Position numbers and translations under genes: made by a program | In this document: one piece after another, positions 48,302 to 61,889 of the stretch | How positions within the stretch are numbered: position 1 is the stretch's first letter | Layout: the number at the start of each line of letters is the position of its first letter | Notes under the pieces: generated by a model | What the model was told of the DNA's origin: nothing | Database searches by the model: none | The model's input: only the letters and a program-made list of their open reading frames with translations | Assembly: GCF_006345805.1 (NCBI RefSeq) | Contig: NC_043010.1 | Coordinates: 60,884,001 to 60,948,000, forward strand | From: Octopus sinensis | Taxonomy: Eukaryota | DNA length: 64,000 bases | Reading direction: 5' to 3'

Positions 48302-49481
48302 AAACTCCTGTTTGAGAAACAGTCAAGGATTAACAGCAGAAAAGAGCATCAAGATGTAAAACTATTCTTCAATATGTATTTGTGAAACTGATGCAAGTCT
48401 GGAAGAACAAACTGAACACGTCAACCACCACAGCCCATTACTGGACCTGACCAGTGATGCTACATATCTCTGCTCATACTACATATTGATTAGTTACAAG
48501 GAAATGTAATTTTCTGGCATTTTTACAACTTTAATATTTAGCATTTATGCTGTTTAAATATCTTCAAAACCATGTCAAAGAGACAGAACAAAATATTTTG
48601 CAAAGTAAATTTTCAATGCAGTATACCTGTGAAAACAGTAGAAGGATTGAATATTTACCCTTATAAGACAGAAAAAAGTTACAAGGGTAAACAGCCTAAC
48701 TTTCTGCTGTCCTTACGGTTATATTGTGTTTGAAATTTACTTTCTTGTTTGTGAAATAACACATTCGACAATTCCAAAGTTTGTTTATAAAATGACGTAC
48801 AATAAAATATTTTCTCAAATAATGAAAATGTACCCCTGGTGGAGCGTACGGCAGTTGTGTGACGTTTGCAGTGAACCACGGGTGGCAGATGAGATGGTTA
48901 ACATGTTACAAAAAGAAACTGTTATGCATTCAGCCTTCAGACACATTCGTGCCAAACGAGGTAGAACAGGAGGTTTTGGTAGACAGGCAACAACATATGA
49001 GAGGGGATTCGCTCACAGATACAACCTCACATCTCAACAACAGTGGCTTAGTTCAAGGCAAATGTGAAGAATAACAGGAAGAAAAAAAAAAGGAATTCAG
49101 AGAAGAGTTTTCTAGAGATTCTTCATTAAACACTATGGCATGTCTATGGATATCAATGTGTGTATGTGGTTGTGTGTGTACAGGTGTGGTTATGCTTATG
49201 TATATATGTGTGTGCGGGTGTGTGTGTAGGATATATATATTAATAATTATATATTCATATATATATTAAGTTAATAATTATATATTATATATATATATTT
49301 ACTAATTTAATGTATAAATTGCTTATTTCCATGCTGACTACCTGATAATTATCATTAGCGTGATTTTTATCTTTATTTAATGAATATATATATATATATG
49401 TGTGTGTATAAATATATGTACATAGACACATATATATATACATACACACACATATCTGTATGTAAGTATACATATACATAC

Positions 49482-49552
<71 letters not shown>

Positions 49553-50144
49553 TCATCATCGTTTAACGTCCGCTTTCCATGCTAGCATGGGTTATATGGG
49601 TTATATATATATACATATATATATACATATATATACATATATATATATACATATATATATATACATATATATATAGATATATTTATATATATATTTGTGT
49701 TTATGTATGCACTGTCATCATCATCATTCTATATCCACTTCTGAGGCTGGTATAGTTTGGGTGGTTTGGCAGGAACTGGCAAGTCAGATGACTGCACCAA
49801 ACTCAACTGTCTGCTTTAAAAATGGTTTCTGCAGACGGATACCCTTCTTAATGCCACCCCACTTTACAGTGTGTACTGGGTGCATATTTGTATGTATGTG
49901 TGTGTGTGTGCATACATATATATATATACACACACATATATACATTATATATATTTATCAATATATATGCATATATACATTATATATACATATATATATA
50001 TACATACACATTATATATATACATTATATATACATATATATACATACACATTATATATATACACATATATACATATTATATATACATATATATATGTACA
50101 TGTATATTTACATATCTACACACACGCACACATATATATGTATG

Positions 50145-50628
50145 TATAAATATTAAAGGAAATAGAGAAATACAATTGACATATTATATATTTATTATCA
50201 TTATAATATAATATGATTATACTATAAAAAGATATAGTATAACAAATATGTATCCTACAATTTGTTTCAATTCATATCCACTCGTGAATTTATAAAAATT
50301 CACTTTTAAGCATATGCGTCTCATCAGGGTTAATATTTGTCTAAAAAAAGACAAAAATTTCATGCAAGGACTGCTAAATCATAAAATGATTCAACAGTCT
50401 TTGAATGAAATGTTAAGACAAATATTAACCCTGATGAGACCCATATGCTTAAAAGTGAATTTTTATAAATTCACGAGTGGATATGATTCAAAACAAATTG
50501 TAGGATTGATATTTGTTTTAATTATTTATATTATATTATATCTTTTTATATTATAATTATATTATATAATAATGTTAATAAATTTTTATTATGTCAATTG
50601 TATTTCTCTATTTCCTTTAATATTTATA
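50145..50628. repeat. AT-rich foldback element, about 200-bp imperfect arms and about 70-bp spacer
   Basis: TAAATATTAAAGGAAATAGAGAAATACAATTGACAT ... ATGTCAATTGTATTTCTCTATTTCCTTTAATATTTA. The inner arms CATATCCACTCGTGAATTTATAAAAATTCACTTTTAAGCATATG are mirrored. Confidence 0.85.
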
Positions 50629-50917
50629 TATTGAAATTATACCATTTTAAGTTCAGATTTTTTCGCTACTATCTTGTGGTATTTAACTGAAGAACCAGTG
50701 AAAATTGGATGTTTTCCATCCCATTGAAGGAAAGTGTTTTTTCCTTGGATTGAATAATAATCATATATATACACATACAAACAGACGTATTAGTTTAACG
50801 CTCAGTGAAAAAGTCTTTAACGTTTCAAGCCTACGCTCTTCCACGGAGAAGAACACAGATGGAAACAAGGACAGAAATTAAAGAATGTGTAGTGGCTAGC
50901 GATCTATCATGTCAAAC

Positions 50918-50983
<66 letters not shown>

Positions 50984-51351
50984 GAAATGAGAGATGTGTG
51001 TGTGTGTGTGTGTGCTGTTTATGAACCATTACTGATAAACGGAAACTGTTAAGAAGTGTTGATACATTGAACTGTAAGTACAGCTTGTGTCCATTGAACA
51101 GAGGATAAATATGAACATTGTGTAGACATGAATGTGTGTATGCTATGCACATATATACATACGTACACACACGTTTATTTATTTACACACATATATATAT
51201 ATATATGTGTGTGTGTGTGTATGTGTGTGTGTACTTTTGTTATGAAGTCCCAGACATCTTAAACAATTATTTAAGAATCACCTCATCAATAAATGCTTCA
51301 GTGTTACACTTAAACTTACTTTGGAATTACCTTGGTTTAACAATACATATA

Positions 51352-51748
51352 GGCGCAGGAGTGGCTGTGTGGTAAGTAGCTTACTAACCAACCACATGGT
51401 TCCGGGTTCAGTCCCACTGCGTGGAACCTTGGGCAAGTGTCTTCTGCTATAGCCCCGGGCCGACCAAAGCCTTGTGAGTGGATTTGGTAGACGGAAACTG
51501 AAAGAAGCCTGTCGTATATATGTATATATATGTATATGTATGTGTGTGTATGTCTGTGTTTGTCCCCCCAACATTGCTTGACAACCGATGCTGGTGTGTT
51601 TATGTCCCCGTTACTTAGCGGTTCGGCAAAAGAGACCGATAAAATAAGTACTGGGCTTACAAAGAATGAGTCCCGGGGTCGATTTGCTCAACCAAAGGCG
51701 GTGCTCCAGCATGGCCGCAGTCAAATGACTGAAACAAGTAAAAGAGAG
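51352..51748 (+). mobile_element. SINE family A, full length
   Basis: Head through tail. Confidence 0.85.
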
Positions 51749-52025
51749 AAAGAAAGAGAGATATATAATGACCGTCATCATTTAATGTCCATTTTCCATG
51801 CTGGCATGGGTTGGATGGGTTTTGATGGAAGCTACCAAGGCCAGGAGTTCCACCAGACTCCATTGTCTGTTTTGCCATTGTCTCTACTGCTGGATGCCCT
51901 TCCTAAAGGCAACCACTTCGCAAGAGTGTACTGGGTGTTTTTTATACATGGCACCAGACCCAGTGCTTTTTATGTGGCACCCCTTAGCTGGGAGCGGGGA
52001 GCAGAACTGAAGGGCTTAGCTTTGT

Positions 52026-52951
52026 GCCAGTTGATGAGAGAATAAAAGTATAGAAGGGCAGTGATAAGTGTCTCCCTGTAGAGTAGAGACATGGTAAAGA
52101 AAGGAAGGTAAGTTAGAGACTCAGATCAAGAGAGCAGGTGATATACCATATTATAACATGAATAAGGAACCCTTTTTTGTCAAAAATTAGGTTAAAAAAA
52201 TATGGGAGTTTCTTATACATGAATAGTATTATAATCCCTTACAAAACCTTTTTTCAAAATTTTAAGCCCAAAAAGTTAGGGGGTTCCTGATACACTTTAA
52301 AATATGGTATTTCTTAGTTACAATAGTGACAACATGAATTTCTTCCATCTACTTGCTCTGTTAAAATATTCAAGAAAAATTATATTAATGTGTCCTACTT
52401 GTTAAAATTCCATTTATTTATTTGTGCAGCTGAAGATGACACTGTATTTAAATTGATGTAATGACTGCATTGTTCAATTAAATGGAGCCAGTTGATGAGA
52501 GAATAAAAGTATAGAAGGGCAGTGATAAGTGTCTCCCTGTAGAGTAGAGACATGGTAAAGAAAGGAAGGTAAGTTAGAGACTCAGATCAAGAGAGCAGGT
52601 GATATACCATATTATAACATGAATAAGGAACCCTTTTTTGTCAAAAATTAGGTTAAAAAAATATGGGAGTTTCTTATACATGAATAGTATTATAATCCCT
52701 TACAAAACCTTTTTTCAAAATTTTAAGCCCAAAAAGTTAGGGGGTTCCTGATACACTTTAAAATATGGTATTTCTTAGTTACAATAGTGACAACATGAAT
52801 TTCTTCCATCTACTTGCTCTGTTAAAATATTCAAGAAAAATTATATTAATGTGTCCTACTTGTTAAAATTCCATTTATTTATTTGTGCAGCTGAAGATGA
52901 CACTGTATTTAAATTGATGTAATGACTGCATTGTTCAATTAAATGGAGCCA
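52026..52951. repeat. 461-bp tandem duplication
   Basis: 52026-52486 is repeated at 52487-52947 with no differences seen. GCCA occurs at all three junctions. Confidence 0.92.
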
Positions 52952-53325
52952 CTTGAAAAGGTCGTACTGCATTACTACTTGATATCCTGTTGCTTATTTT
53001 GATTATATATATATATATATACACACACACATACATATGCATGTATATATGTTTGTGTATATATACATATATATATATATATTCATACACACACACCATA
53101 CAGGTGTGGCTTTGTGATGAGAAGTTTACTTTCTAACAAGGTTCCAGGTTCAGTCCCACTGTGTGGCACCTTGGGCAAGTGTCTTCTACTACAGCCTTGT
53201 CAGCTGATCTGGAAGATGGAAACTGAAGGAAGCCCATCATATAAATGTGTGAAGAGAGAGAGAGAGAGAAACAGAGTGAGGGAAAGGGAGAGAGAAGGTG
53301 AGAGAAAGACAGACAGACAGACAGA

Positions 53326-53356
<31 letters not shown>

Positions 53357-53830
53357 GCCTCCTTACCTAGAAACAGACTAGTGTTGGTGACAGGAAAGGC
53401 ATCGGGCTGCAGAAAGTCTGCCTCAACAAAATTCAATCCAACTCATGCGAGCAGAGGGAAGGGGACATTAAACAAATGACAATGTATATGCATGTATGTG
53501 TGTGTGTATGTATACACACACATACACATACATAGATTGCATATCTGCTTTGGACCAGCAAGAGCTGCAGTGAAGTTCTGATCTTTGTGGGTCTTAAAAT
53601 GTCTTTTGAGGCTTTCATTAGATTTACAGACCTTCTGGCATACACGGCATTGAAAGGTGTGCACAGGTATATACAGGCAGAGCAATTGGTTGGTGGAGGT
53701 TCGTTTTTCAAATCAGATATGCAATCTATGTGGGTGTCTTTCCAATACATTGTCTGGTTTAAAAAGCCACGATGGATCTAACGTGTAAGCACAAGAGGTG
53801 GTCAGACTCTGCAGAAGGAGTAGACAACCA

Positions 53831-53864
<34 letters not shown>

Positions 53865-53888
53865 AGAGTGATTTATACAGTTTCTTAT

Positions 53889-54116
53889 TTCTTAACTGCC
53901 CACAAGGGGCTACACACAGAGGAGATAAACAAGGACAGACAAACGGATTAAGTCGATTATATTGACCCCAGTGCGTAACTGGTACTTATTTAATCGACCC
54001 CGAAAGGATGAAAGGCAAAGTCGACCTCGGCGGAATTTGAACTCAGAACGTAGTGGCAGACGAAATACGGCTACGCATTTCGCCCGGTGTGCTAACGTTT
54101 CTGCCAGCTCACCACC
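53889..54116 (-). mobile_element. SINE family B, full length
   Basis: Reverse complement of the family consensus. Confidence 0.8.
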
Positions 54117-55735
54117 TTATTTGATTTATACAGTTTCTACTGAACAGGTCACATGGATGAAACAGCTCAAAACATTCGCCAATAAATGCAGTGTTTATGA
54201 AATAAAAGTCAATTATACAGTCACTGTGGAAAAAAATTCTATATGCCACGTGATATGTACTCACTTTTAAATAGGATATATACAGCAATGAATATGCTTT
54301 AATATTTACCAATGAAGGAAATCTAAATGTCCCCGAAAATTTTTTAGATGTCTTCCCTTCAACAATGTGTTTTTATAAATAAATAGTTTGGATACTCATA
54401 AATGAATGTGACAGATAGAGAAAAATATCTTACAGTCTTATAGTTTCACCAATGCACAAAGGCAGGTATGTAAAAAATTAACTGTACATTAACAAATGAA
54501 CAGGATGTGTATGTATGTATATATATATACACTCAACCAATATAAAATGTAAATTAACAAATGGTTATGGTGTATACATCAAAATTATGTGTTAGGGTAA
54601 TCAATGAGCAAATGTGTATGAGTGTGTGTGTGTGTGTGTGTAATATATATATGGTTATGTTTACAAATGGAAGGAGTACTCAATACATAAAGTAGAGTAT
54701 ATATTTATTGAAAAACAGTCTGGATTCACTCTGTCATTACTCAGAGTTTCAGTTATACATGTGAAGTATGTGACTCTCTGATAAGCTGAGTAATAAGAGA
54801 GTGTATTTACTATTTTTCAATACATATATATATACACACACACACACATGCGTGCATGTGTGTGTGTATGTGTGTGTGTGTGTGTGTGCGTGTGTGTGCT
54901 TGTGTGCGTGTGTGTACATACACATAGATAAATATATGCATATAAATACATACTCTATACATGTTACAGTGTGTATAATTGTATGATACATGCAACCGGT
55001 GCCTTCTGCAACAAACAAAAATGGCAATCTATAAAATAACAGTGAACTATCAACAATGCTTTGTTCACAGATCAATGAACATACAAGTCAGTAAACACAG
55101 ATTAATTAACACAAATCAATGAACACTTTCTATGTCCAATGGATGTGAATAACCTCCAATAAATAAGTCACCATTACGAAATGTCCAAATTCTCCTCATT
55201 CCATGTAGGGATCACGACAGTGATGGGTCCAGTCTTGAGGTCACCATAGTGATGGTTTCTATGGAGAGGTCATCATAGTGTAAAGGTCAGTGAAGTCTTA
55301 TGAAAGCTGCACAATTTGCACAATTTTACAGAGAATCCTGTTGTTATAATTATTAAATTAGGCAATTTAATTACGAATAACCGATGTTTAATTTTGTTAT
55401 TTTCTTTAATTTCATTATCATTATAATTATCCTCCTCCTTTTCTGCCTATTCTCGTTATAAGATTTAATGATCATGTTATCATAGTGTCATGGATCCGAG
55501 TGCCTACTGTCCCTTTTCTCTAACATTTCTGACCCTAACCCCTGGAGAATTCAAGGTACACAACCGTCACCCAATAACAACAACTACAATAACAACATAA
55601 AAAACCTGTCCCACATGTCCTTTGGATGGGATAGTGACTTAGAAAGCTGGTACCATGTCCTCACAGACAACATGTCTACGTTGGAAATGCAAAAGAAAGA
55701 ATGAAGAATGGTGAACAGGGAAAGAGTGAAGATGG

Positions 55736-56427
55736 CTAAGTCTGGGAATGGTTCATGTTTTTCATTTGCTTTCCCCCATTACAGCAATTGGTGACATTAC
55801 TATTCCATTTGGGGTACATTCTCGTACACATCTGGCAGTCATCCAGTATTTGTTCTGGACACATATTGCCAGCCATGTTTGAGTTCATGCAAGTGTTTTT
55901 CTGCGACCGAGACGACACATTCTCCGGAGGGCCGCGCTGACACATACCGTGACCAGTGGCTGGATTCATCGATAGATTCGAGGACATTGGTTGGTTGGAC
56001 AGCTGTGAGCACTGACACTGACAAATCGCCACAGATGGTGAGGCCATGCACGGAGCCTGGCAAGGAAGCATGCAGTTAGACGAAGAACACGCAGACAACG
56101 ATGACGAACGCTGACACTGGTTGTTAGCCGAAGTGTTCGACTGTTGAAACGTCGTCGACCGCTGTAAGTCCTCGCTACTATGGCTTCGTTCATGTTTTAT
56201 CATGTGCACCCTCTGAGGAAACCCTTTGCCACAGACTGTACAAATGAACGGCTTCTCTCCAGAATGAGTTCTTTGGTGAATGGTCAAATGTGCCTTCTGG
56301 GCAAAGGATTTATGGCATGTGTCACAGCTGTAGATTTTCTCTCCTGTGTGTGTACGATGGTGGTTGTTCAGATGGCTCCTCTGTGAAAATGATTTGTTGC
56401 ACGTAAAACAAGTATATGGTCGCTCCC
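55736..56427 (-). CDS. C2H2 zinc-finger protein, terminal exon (3 fingers plus Cys/Gln/Asn/Ser-rich tail)
   Basis: Acceptor ttctttctgtag|GG GAG CGA CCA. Encodes GERPYTCFTCNKSFSQRSHLNNHHRTH-TGEK-IYSCDTCHKSFAQKAHLTIHQRTH-SGEKP-FICTVCGKGFPQRVHMIKHERSH. Stop TAG at 55736. Confidence 0.92.
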
Positions 56428-57933
56428 CTACAGAAAGAAAGAGAAAGAAAACTCATAAATATTATGACAAAGTTCATACATAGATATGTGTGTGTGTGTG
56501 TTAAGACTAATCCTTCTGGTTGCATAAAGCACCCATGGCAGTGCCACATAAAAGCACCCAGCACACCCTGTAAAGTGGTTGGTGTTAGGAAGGGCACCCA
56601 GCCATAGAAACCATGCCAGATCAGACTGGAGTCTGGTGCAGCACCCTGGCTTGTCAGCTCTGGTAACACTGTCCAACCCATGGACAACAGACATTAAAAG
56701 ATGAGCATAGTGATGATGATTACATATATATATATATATATTACGGAGATGTACTTGCATAGCAAGTGACTTGATCTGAGATTGTGTGCTGGAACGAAAA
56801 CAATTGCAGTGTGGAAGGTGTTCATAAGCAAATTTAAGAAACACAGCACGAAGCTTTGTCAGTGAACAGGTTGCAGTCTCAAAGCAACGAAAATATTTTG
56901 ACAAATTAAATTTAAATGTTGAAGTGAATCTAACGGTTTTGTGTGTTTCTGAAATGGCTTATAAACACCTTCCACGCTGCAATTGTTTATATATATATAT
57001 ACATGAGGTGCATTAAAAAAATAGCCAACTTGTTTTTTCCTGCCAAAACTAAGGCCACATGGGCAAAATTATTTGTGTGGAAGGTGATGTCACTCTTCAT
57101 GTGTATGCATGAAAATTTTTGCGCCAGTAGGCTGCATCAGTTCCCAGCTGTTACACCCAGAGTACAGACATGTAGTATGCACTGGGTCGATATAATTGAC
57201 TTTCCTCCAATCCCAAAATTGCAGGCCTTGGACCAAAATTTAAAACTGATATTAAAGGATATTTCACACACACACACAAAGATGTATGGAGAAAGAAGAG
57301 CAATACATTGGATCAATTCCTGGTAAATATTTTGTCAAGCCCTTGGAACTGACTTCAAAAGGATTTGAACCCCGAAATAGAATGACTCAACTTGACTAAA
57401 TGAAATATCAGCTGAATAAACAAACATACCAACCCCTGTTGCGAGTGGATGTGGATCATGTATCTACACATGTTTATAGGGGCCAGGGTAAGAATTTGTT
57501 GAGGAACAGTTGCTCACCCATGCAGTCAAGTTTATCTTCCAACACCCCACCACCCCAACCACCACCACCATCATCATCACTACCACAGATGTTATCTCCA
57601 GGAAAAGGACCACCAACTGGGGCTGATACAGATTGACAATAATGTCACTGCAGGCAATGCTGTTAGAACATAAAAGGTCAGAACAGACACCACAAGGCAC
57701 CTCCAACTCTTTAGGGGTCCCACCAATCTACTTTCATGGTCGATACTCTTTTATCAGCCCCAAAACAATAAAAGGCAAACTTGACCCCAGCAGGATTTGA
57801 ACCCAGATAACAGTCAGAACAAATACCCTAACAACTCTGATGATCTGTCTTACATAAAGCATAAATCTCTAATAATTGGGTGCCCCTTATCAATTTGCTT
57901 GGGATGGGGACAGAAAAGGGTCTGTTTACTTAC

Positions 57934-58774
57934 CTGTGTGTGTTCTGATGTGGTTGCGTAAGTGAGAACGTTGCGCAAATGCCTTGCAGCAGAATGTGCA
58001 ATGGAATGGTCTCTCGCCTGTGTGCACTCGTTCGTGGTTGCTGAGGTGGTCCCGCTGTGCAAATGCTTTTGAACAGTAAGTGCAGTGATAGGGTTTTTCT
58101 CCCGAGTGAATCCTCGAATGAACTTTCAAGTGGACCTTTTGAGCAAAAGCTTTCGGACAAGAAGGGCACTGAAAGGGTCGGACCCCTGTGTGAGTCAGTT
58201 CGTGGTTTTTCAGGAACACTTTCTGAGAAAAGGTTTTCATGCAAAAACTGCAGGTGAAATGCTTCAAAGGAGCAGCGGAAGCAGAGATGTTCTGTCCGTC
58301 TCCGGTGCCAGAGGTTGCTGCTGCTGCTGCTGCTGCTGCCGCTGCAGCATGTTCATGGTTGCTAAGGTTTGCCTTCCGAGAGAAAGACTTACGACACACA
58401 TCACATTTAAATGGTTTATCTGAACTACTAGTTCCAGTGCTACCGCTGCTACTAATACTACTAGTAAGACCACTAACAACACCACTAGTGATACCACCAC
58501 CACCAACACCACCAATACCACCACCACCACCGCCGCCACCAATTGGAGTGGTACTGTCACTGTAGGCAACACTAGTTGACGTGTTTGACACTTGATGCTC
58601 CGCCGAGTCAATCGGTTGGTTCTGTGTGTTTGCAATATTTTTAGAATGTGTTTTACTTGCAGTGTGATGGTGGTGATGGTGACGATGGTGAGGGCTGGAC
58701 TGGTAAAACGCTTGGTTATGGATATCAAATTGAAACTGGTTACCCATCGGATACATGGGTTGGATTGAGTACAT
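57934..58774 (-). CDS. C2H2 zinc-finger protein, main exon (His/Gly/Ser/Ala tracts, 1 degenerate plus 4 canonical fingers)
   Basis: TGVRPF/SGEKPY/TGERPF linkers. Phase-1 donor ACAG|GTAAGT at 57934 joins the 56427 acceptor, giving about 510 aa. A possible acceptor at 58807 leaves 11 open codons before the ATG, so an upstream exon is possible. Confidence 0.93.
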
Positions 58775-59924
58775 GATGTCTGGTGGTGCTGACCGATGAG
58801 GCCGTCTCTAGAATTAATACTGCTGTGTATCTCGTTAGGCTTTTAAATTTGCAACAAACTATTTTCTTCAGGCTGGTCCTTCATTTCTTAAACACATCAT
58901 CATCCTTGTCTAGCTAACATCCCTAATTAATTCTGTATAAATGTACTGCTTGCTTTCAAATTACTAAATTATAACATGACTCTAAATGATTACGGAGTTC
59001 AATATAATGCTCTGTTAATTAATCATAAAGCTATAATTATGAAGAATATTTTGGCCAAGGAGCTGCTGCTAAAATCATTAGTTTACAAGTCTGTTTCAAA
59101 CTGTGTTTGCTTGGCTTAATCAAATGTTTAACGAAGACATGGTAACCCACCCCAGGAAAACCAGTTTCATTAAGCAACTACAAGAACAGGGAGAGAAATT
59201 TAACACAAATGCCTTGAAGATAAACTGTGAACTTCTCTGCACCACAAGTTACTGGTTATTATTAAGGGTCAAAGACAACAGATGCCTATATTATTGTAAG
59301 TTAAACAAGGAGAGATTGAAGCGGTGGAAATAGGGACTTGATAGGGAGCTGGTTCAATGACGAAAAGATGATACTGTAAATTATTTCTTCCAGAAAGCAG
59401 AAAATGTTATTTCGGGATCAGCGTTGGTGACATTTCTGACACATCTCTCTCTCTGTTGTTTAAGGCCATCATATCGGATTCACACTCCTTGTTATTCCTG
59501 TAAATATAAATTTAAGACATGACAGACAGATATAAAGCAAAAAAAAAAAAATTACAACAAAATCTAAAAAGAAAGTCACTTTTTTTCCATCTTGTGAACA
59601 CATATATGTAAATCTCTGCCTGGTTTTCGTATGTAAAATGGATCTCTGTTGGAATTTCCAGTCTTGAGGGCTCACTTGTCCAATCAACTAAACTCATTGA
59701 ATTACTAGGTAGCAGAGTATTCCACAGACATGTTTATCCCTAATGTAATACAGAGTCTCACAGTCACAACCTTATAATAACTTTCCGTTCCCCACAACAT
59801 GCTCTGTTTTAGCTTCCATTACACATCCATCTTCCTCGCTGCCCTTCCCAGCATTACTACTTTCGTCCCACTCCTGGTCCTCAACATCATTAGTTGATCA
59901 CAAATATGTGACCTATTTCCTTAT

Positions 59925-60143
59925 TACCCACAATGGGCTAAACATAGAGGGGACAAACAAGGACAGACATAGATATTAAGTCGATTACATCGACCCCAGT
60001 GCGTAACTGGTACTTAATTTATTGACCCCGAAAGGATGAAAGGCAAAGTCGACCTCGGCGGAATTTGAACTCACAACGTAACGCAGAAGAAATACTACTA
60101 AGCATTTCGCCCGGCATGCTAACATTTCTGCCAGCTCGCCACC
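59925..60143 (-). mobile_element. SINE family B, full length
   Basis: Reverse complement of the family consensus. Confidence 0.8.
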
Positions 60144-60646
60144 TTTTTGATCACAAATATTTATTTGATCACAAATATGTGACCTGCCTTTGTCATTCTG
60201 CTAAGATATCCATTTGTTCCAAGTCTGTTTCGGTGAGCCCCATATATCCTGCAATGTACCCATGATCTCTTTCATTCTCAGAGAGGGCCCTGTCCCTTCC
60301 ATGACTCACACTGCATTGCCTTCTTTATTATCTGGTCACACAAACAGTGGCATCTACTGAATTCCATCACATCATGAGGTAGACAGAGTTTTTACAATAG
60401 CACCCTACAGCCAACTCCTGTAAAACTTGTGGCAGATCAAGCCAGTCTCACAGGGAACCTGTTGGCATCCTTTTCTAGTCTCTGTCCCCACCCCACCCCT
60501 TCACTTTATATATGTGTCACACCTTGGATCAGTGTCTTCCACTATAACCCCAGGCCAACCAAAGCCTTGTGAGAGAATTTGGCAGATTGAAATTGAAAGT
60601 CTGTTGTGTGTGTGCATGTGTGGTGAGGTGTGTGTGTGTGTGTGTG

Positions 60647-60722
<76 letters not shown>

Positions 60723-61229
60723 ATGTGTGTGTGTTGACATCACACAGTTTTTAAAATAAGTGTCACTGTTAAACAGTTAGCATTGTTTCTTTTGTGACTT
60801 CTGCCAAACGTCACCGTAACTTAGCAGTTCGGCAAAAGAGACTGATAGATTAAGTACTAGGCTTACAAAGAATAAGTCCTGGGGGCGATTTCTTCGACTA
60901 AAGGTGGTGCTCCAGCATGGCCGCAGTCAAATGACTGAAACAAGTAAAAGAGTAACCATGGGAGAAATATAATCCAGGTTGGAAACAAATGGAGGTTGGT
61001 GACAGGAAGAGCATCCAGCTGCAGAAAATCTGCCAAAATAAACTCCATCCAACCCATACAAGTGTGGAAAAAGGGATAAGAACCCATTGATGATGGTCAT
61101 TATGTGTGTGTGTGTATAAATAGATGTCATTGTCATTATTGAGGGAAATTGGAGAGACAAAAACTGTGCTGAACCTTGTTGGGTGGGTGAAGCTGTTAAT
61201 CAACGCTGCAGACTTGCTACACTGTGAAG

Positions 61230-61752
61230 CTCTTTTCATTTGCAATTGCTCACACAAAGTTTATTGGCAAGAGCTCTAGGACCCACCAGTCGTACCAACA
61301 AGTTCGTCAATTGTTCAGAGACGATCCTACAAGATCAGTTCATGAATTTTTATGATGTTTTCATTCGTTTGGGAGGTTGACAGTCGCCCTGAATGAGGTT
61401 GGTCTCCAAGCAACAAGGGACCATTCTTAAAGCATGAAAAACCATCTGTAAACTTATGTTCTGCTCATGGCAGCGTTCTTGTAAAATGTTTGAAGCATGA
61501 CAACTGTTTCCCCAGCAGAAAACAGAATTTCACAGAAGTGCACTGTTCCTTCATTTCAGCCATCACAAAAATCAACAAACTGGGGAGAAACACTGCAAAA
61601 CAAAGATGCACCACATTGCAGTACGACTTCAACTGACAGCACCAGTTGGCAGACTGATGCCTGAGGATCACATCAAGTGAAGCGGAAGCCTGAACTACAA
61701 CAGGCCGGTCCCACAGAAAACGTTTCCGGTTACTTTTGGGTAACCCCTCGTA
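61230..61752 (-). mobile_element. Decayed mariner transposon: left TIR and transposase N-terminus
   Basis: TA|CGAGGGGTTACCCAAAAGTAACCGG terminus. MAEMKEQCTSVKFCFLLGK and a downstream DQPHSGRLSTS-like HTH region, with frameshifts. Confidence 0.78.
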
Positions 61753-61889
61753 TATTGTATTCTTTACATGAAACCAAATGGTAAGACCAGCTGTGATGGA
61801 TATTTAATATTATACATTTCAGATAATATATATGTTAGTTAATTTTTGGCTCAAAAAGCAAAAAGCAAGGCCATGTAGGGGGACATGGA

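Noticed and set aside
49285-50211. Multiple Y/I/H/T/C/V-rich ORFs (also 41691-42236, 54749-55075, 60427-60759, 63017-63454)
   Set aside because: These are (TA)n/(CA)n microsatellite translations.
57464-57706. Intermediate exon of the zinc-finger gene
   Set aside because: It is not needed, because the 57934 donor joins the 56427 acceptor in frame, and the segment has no finger motif.
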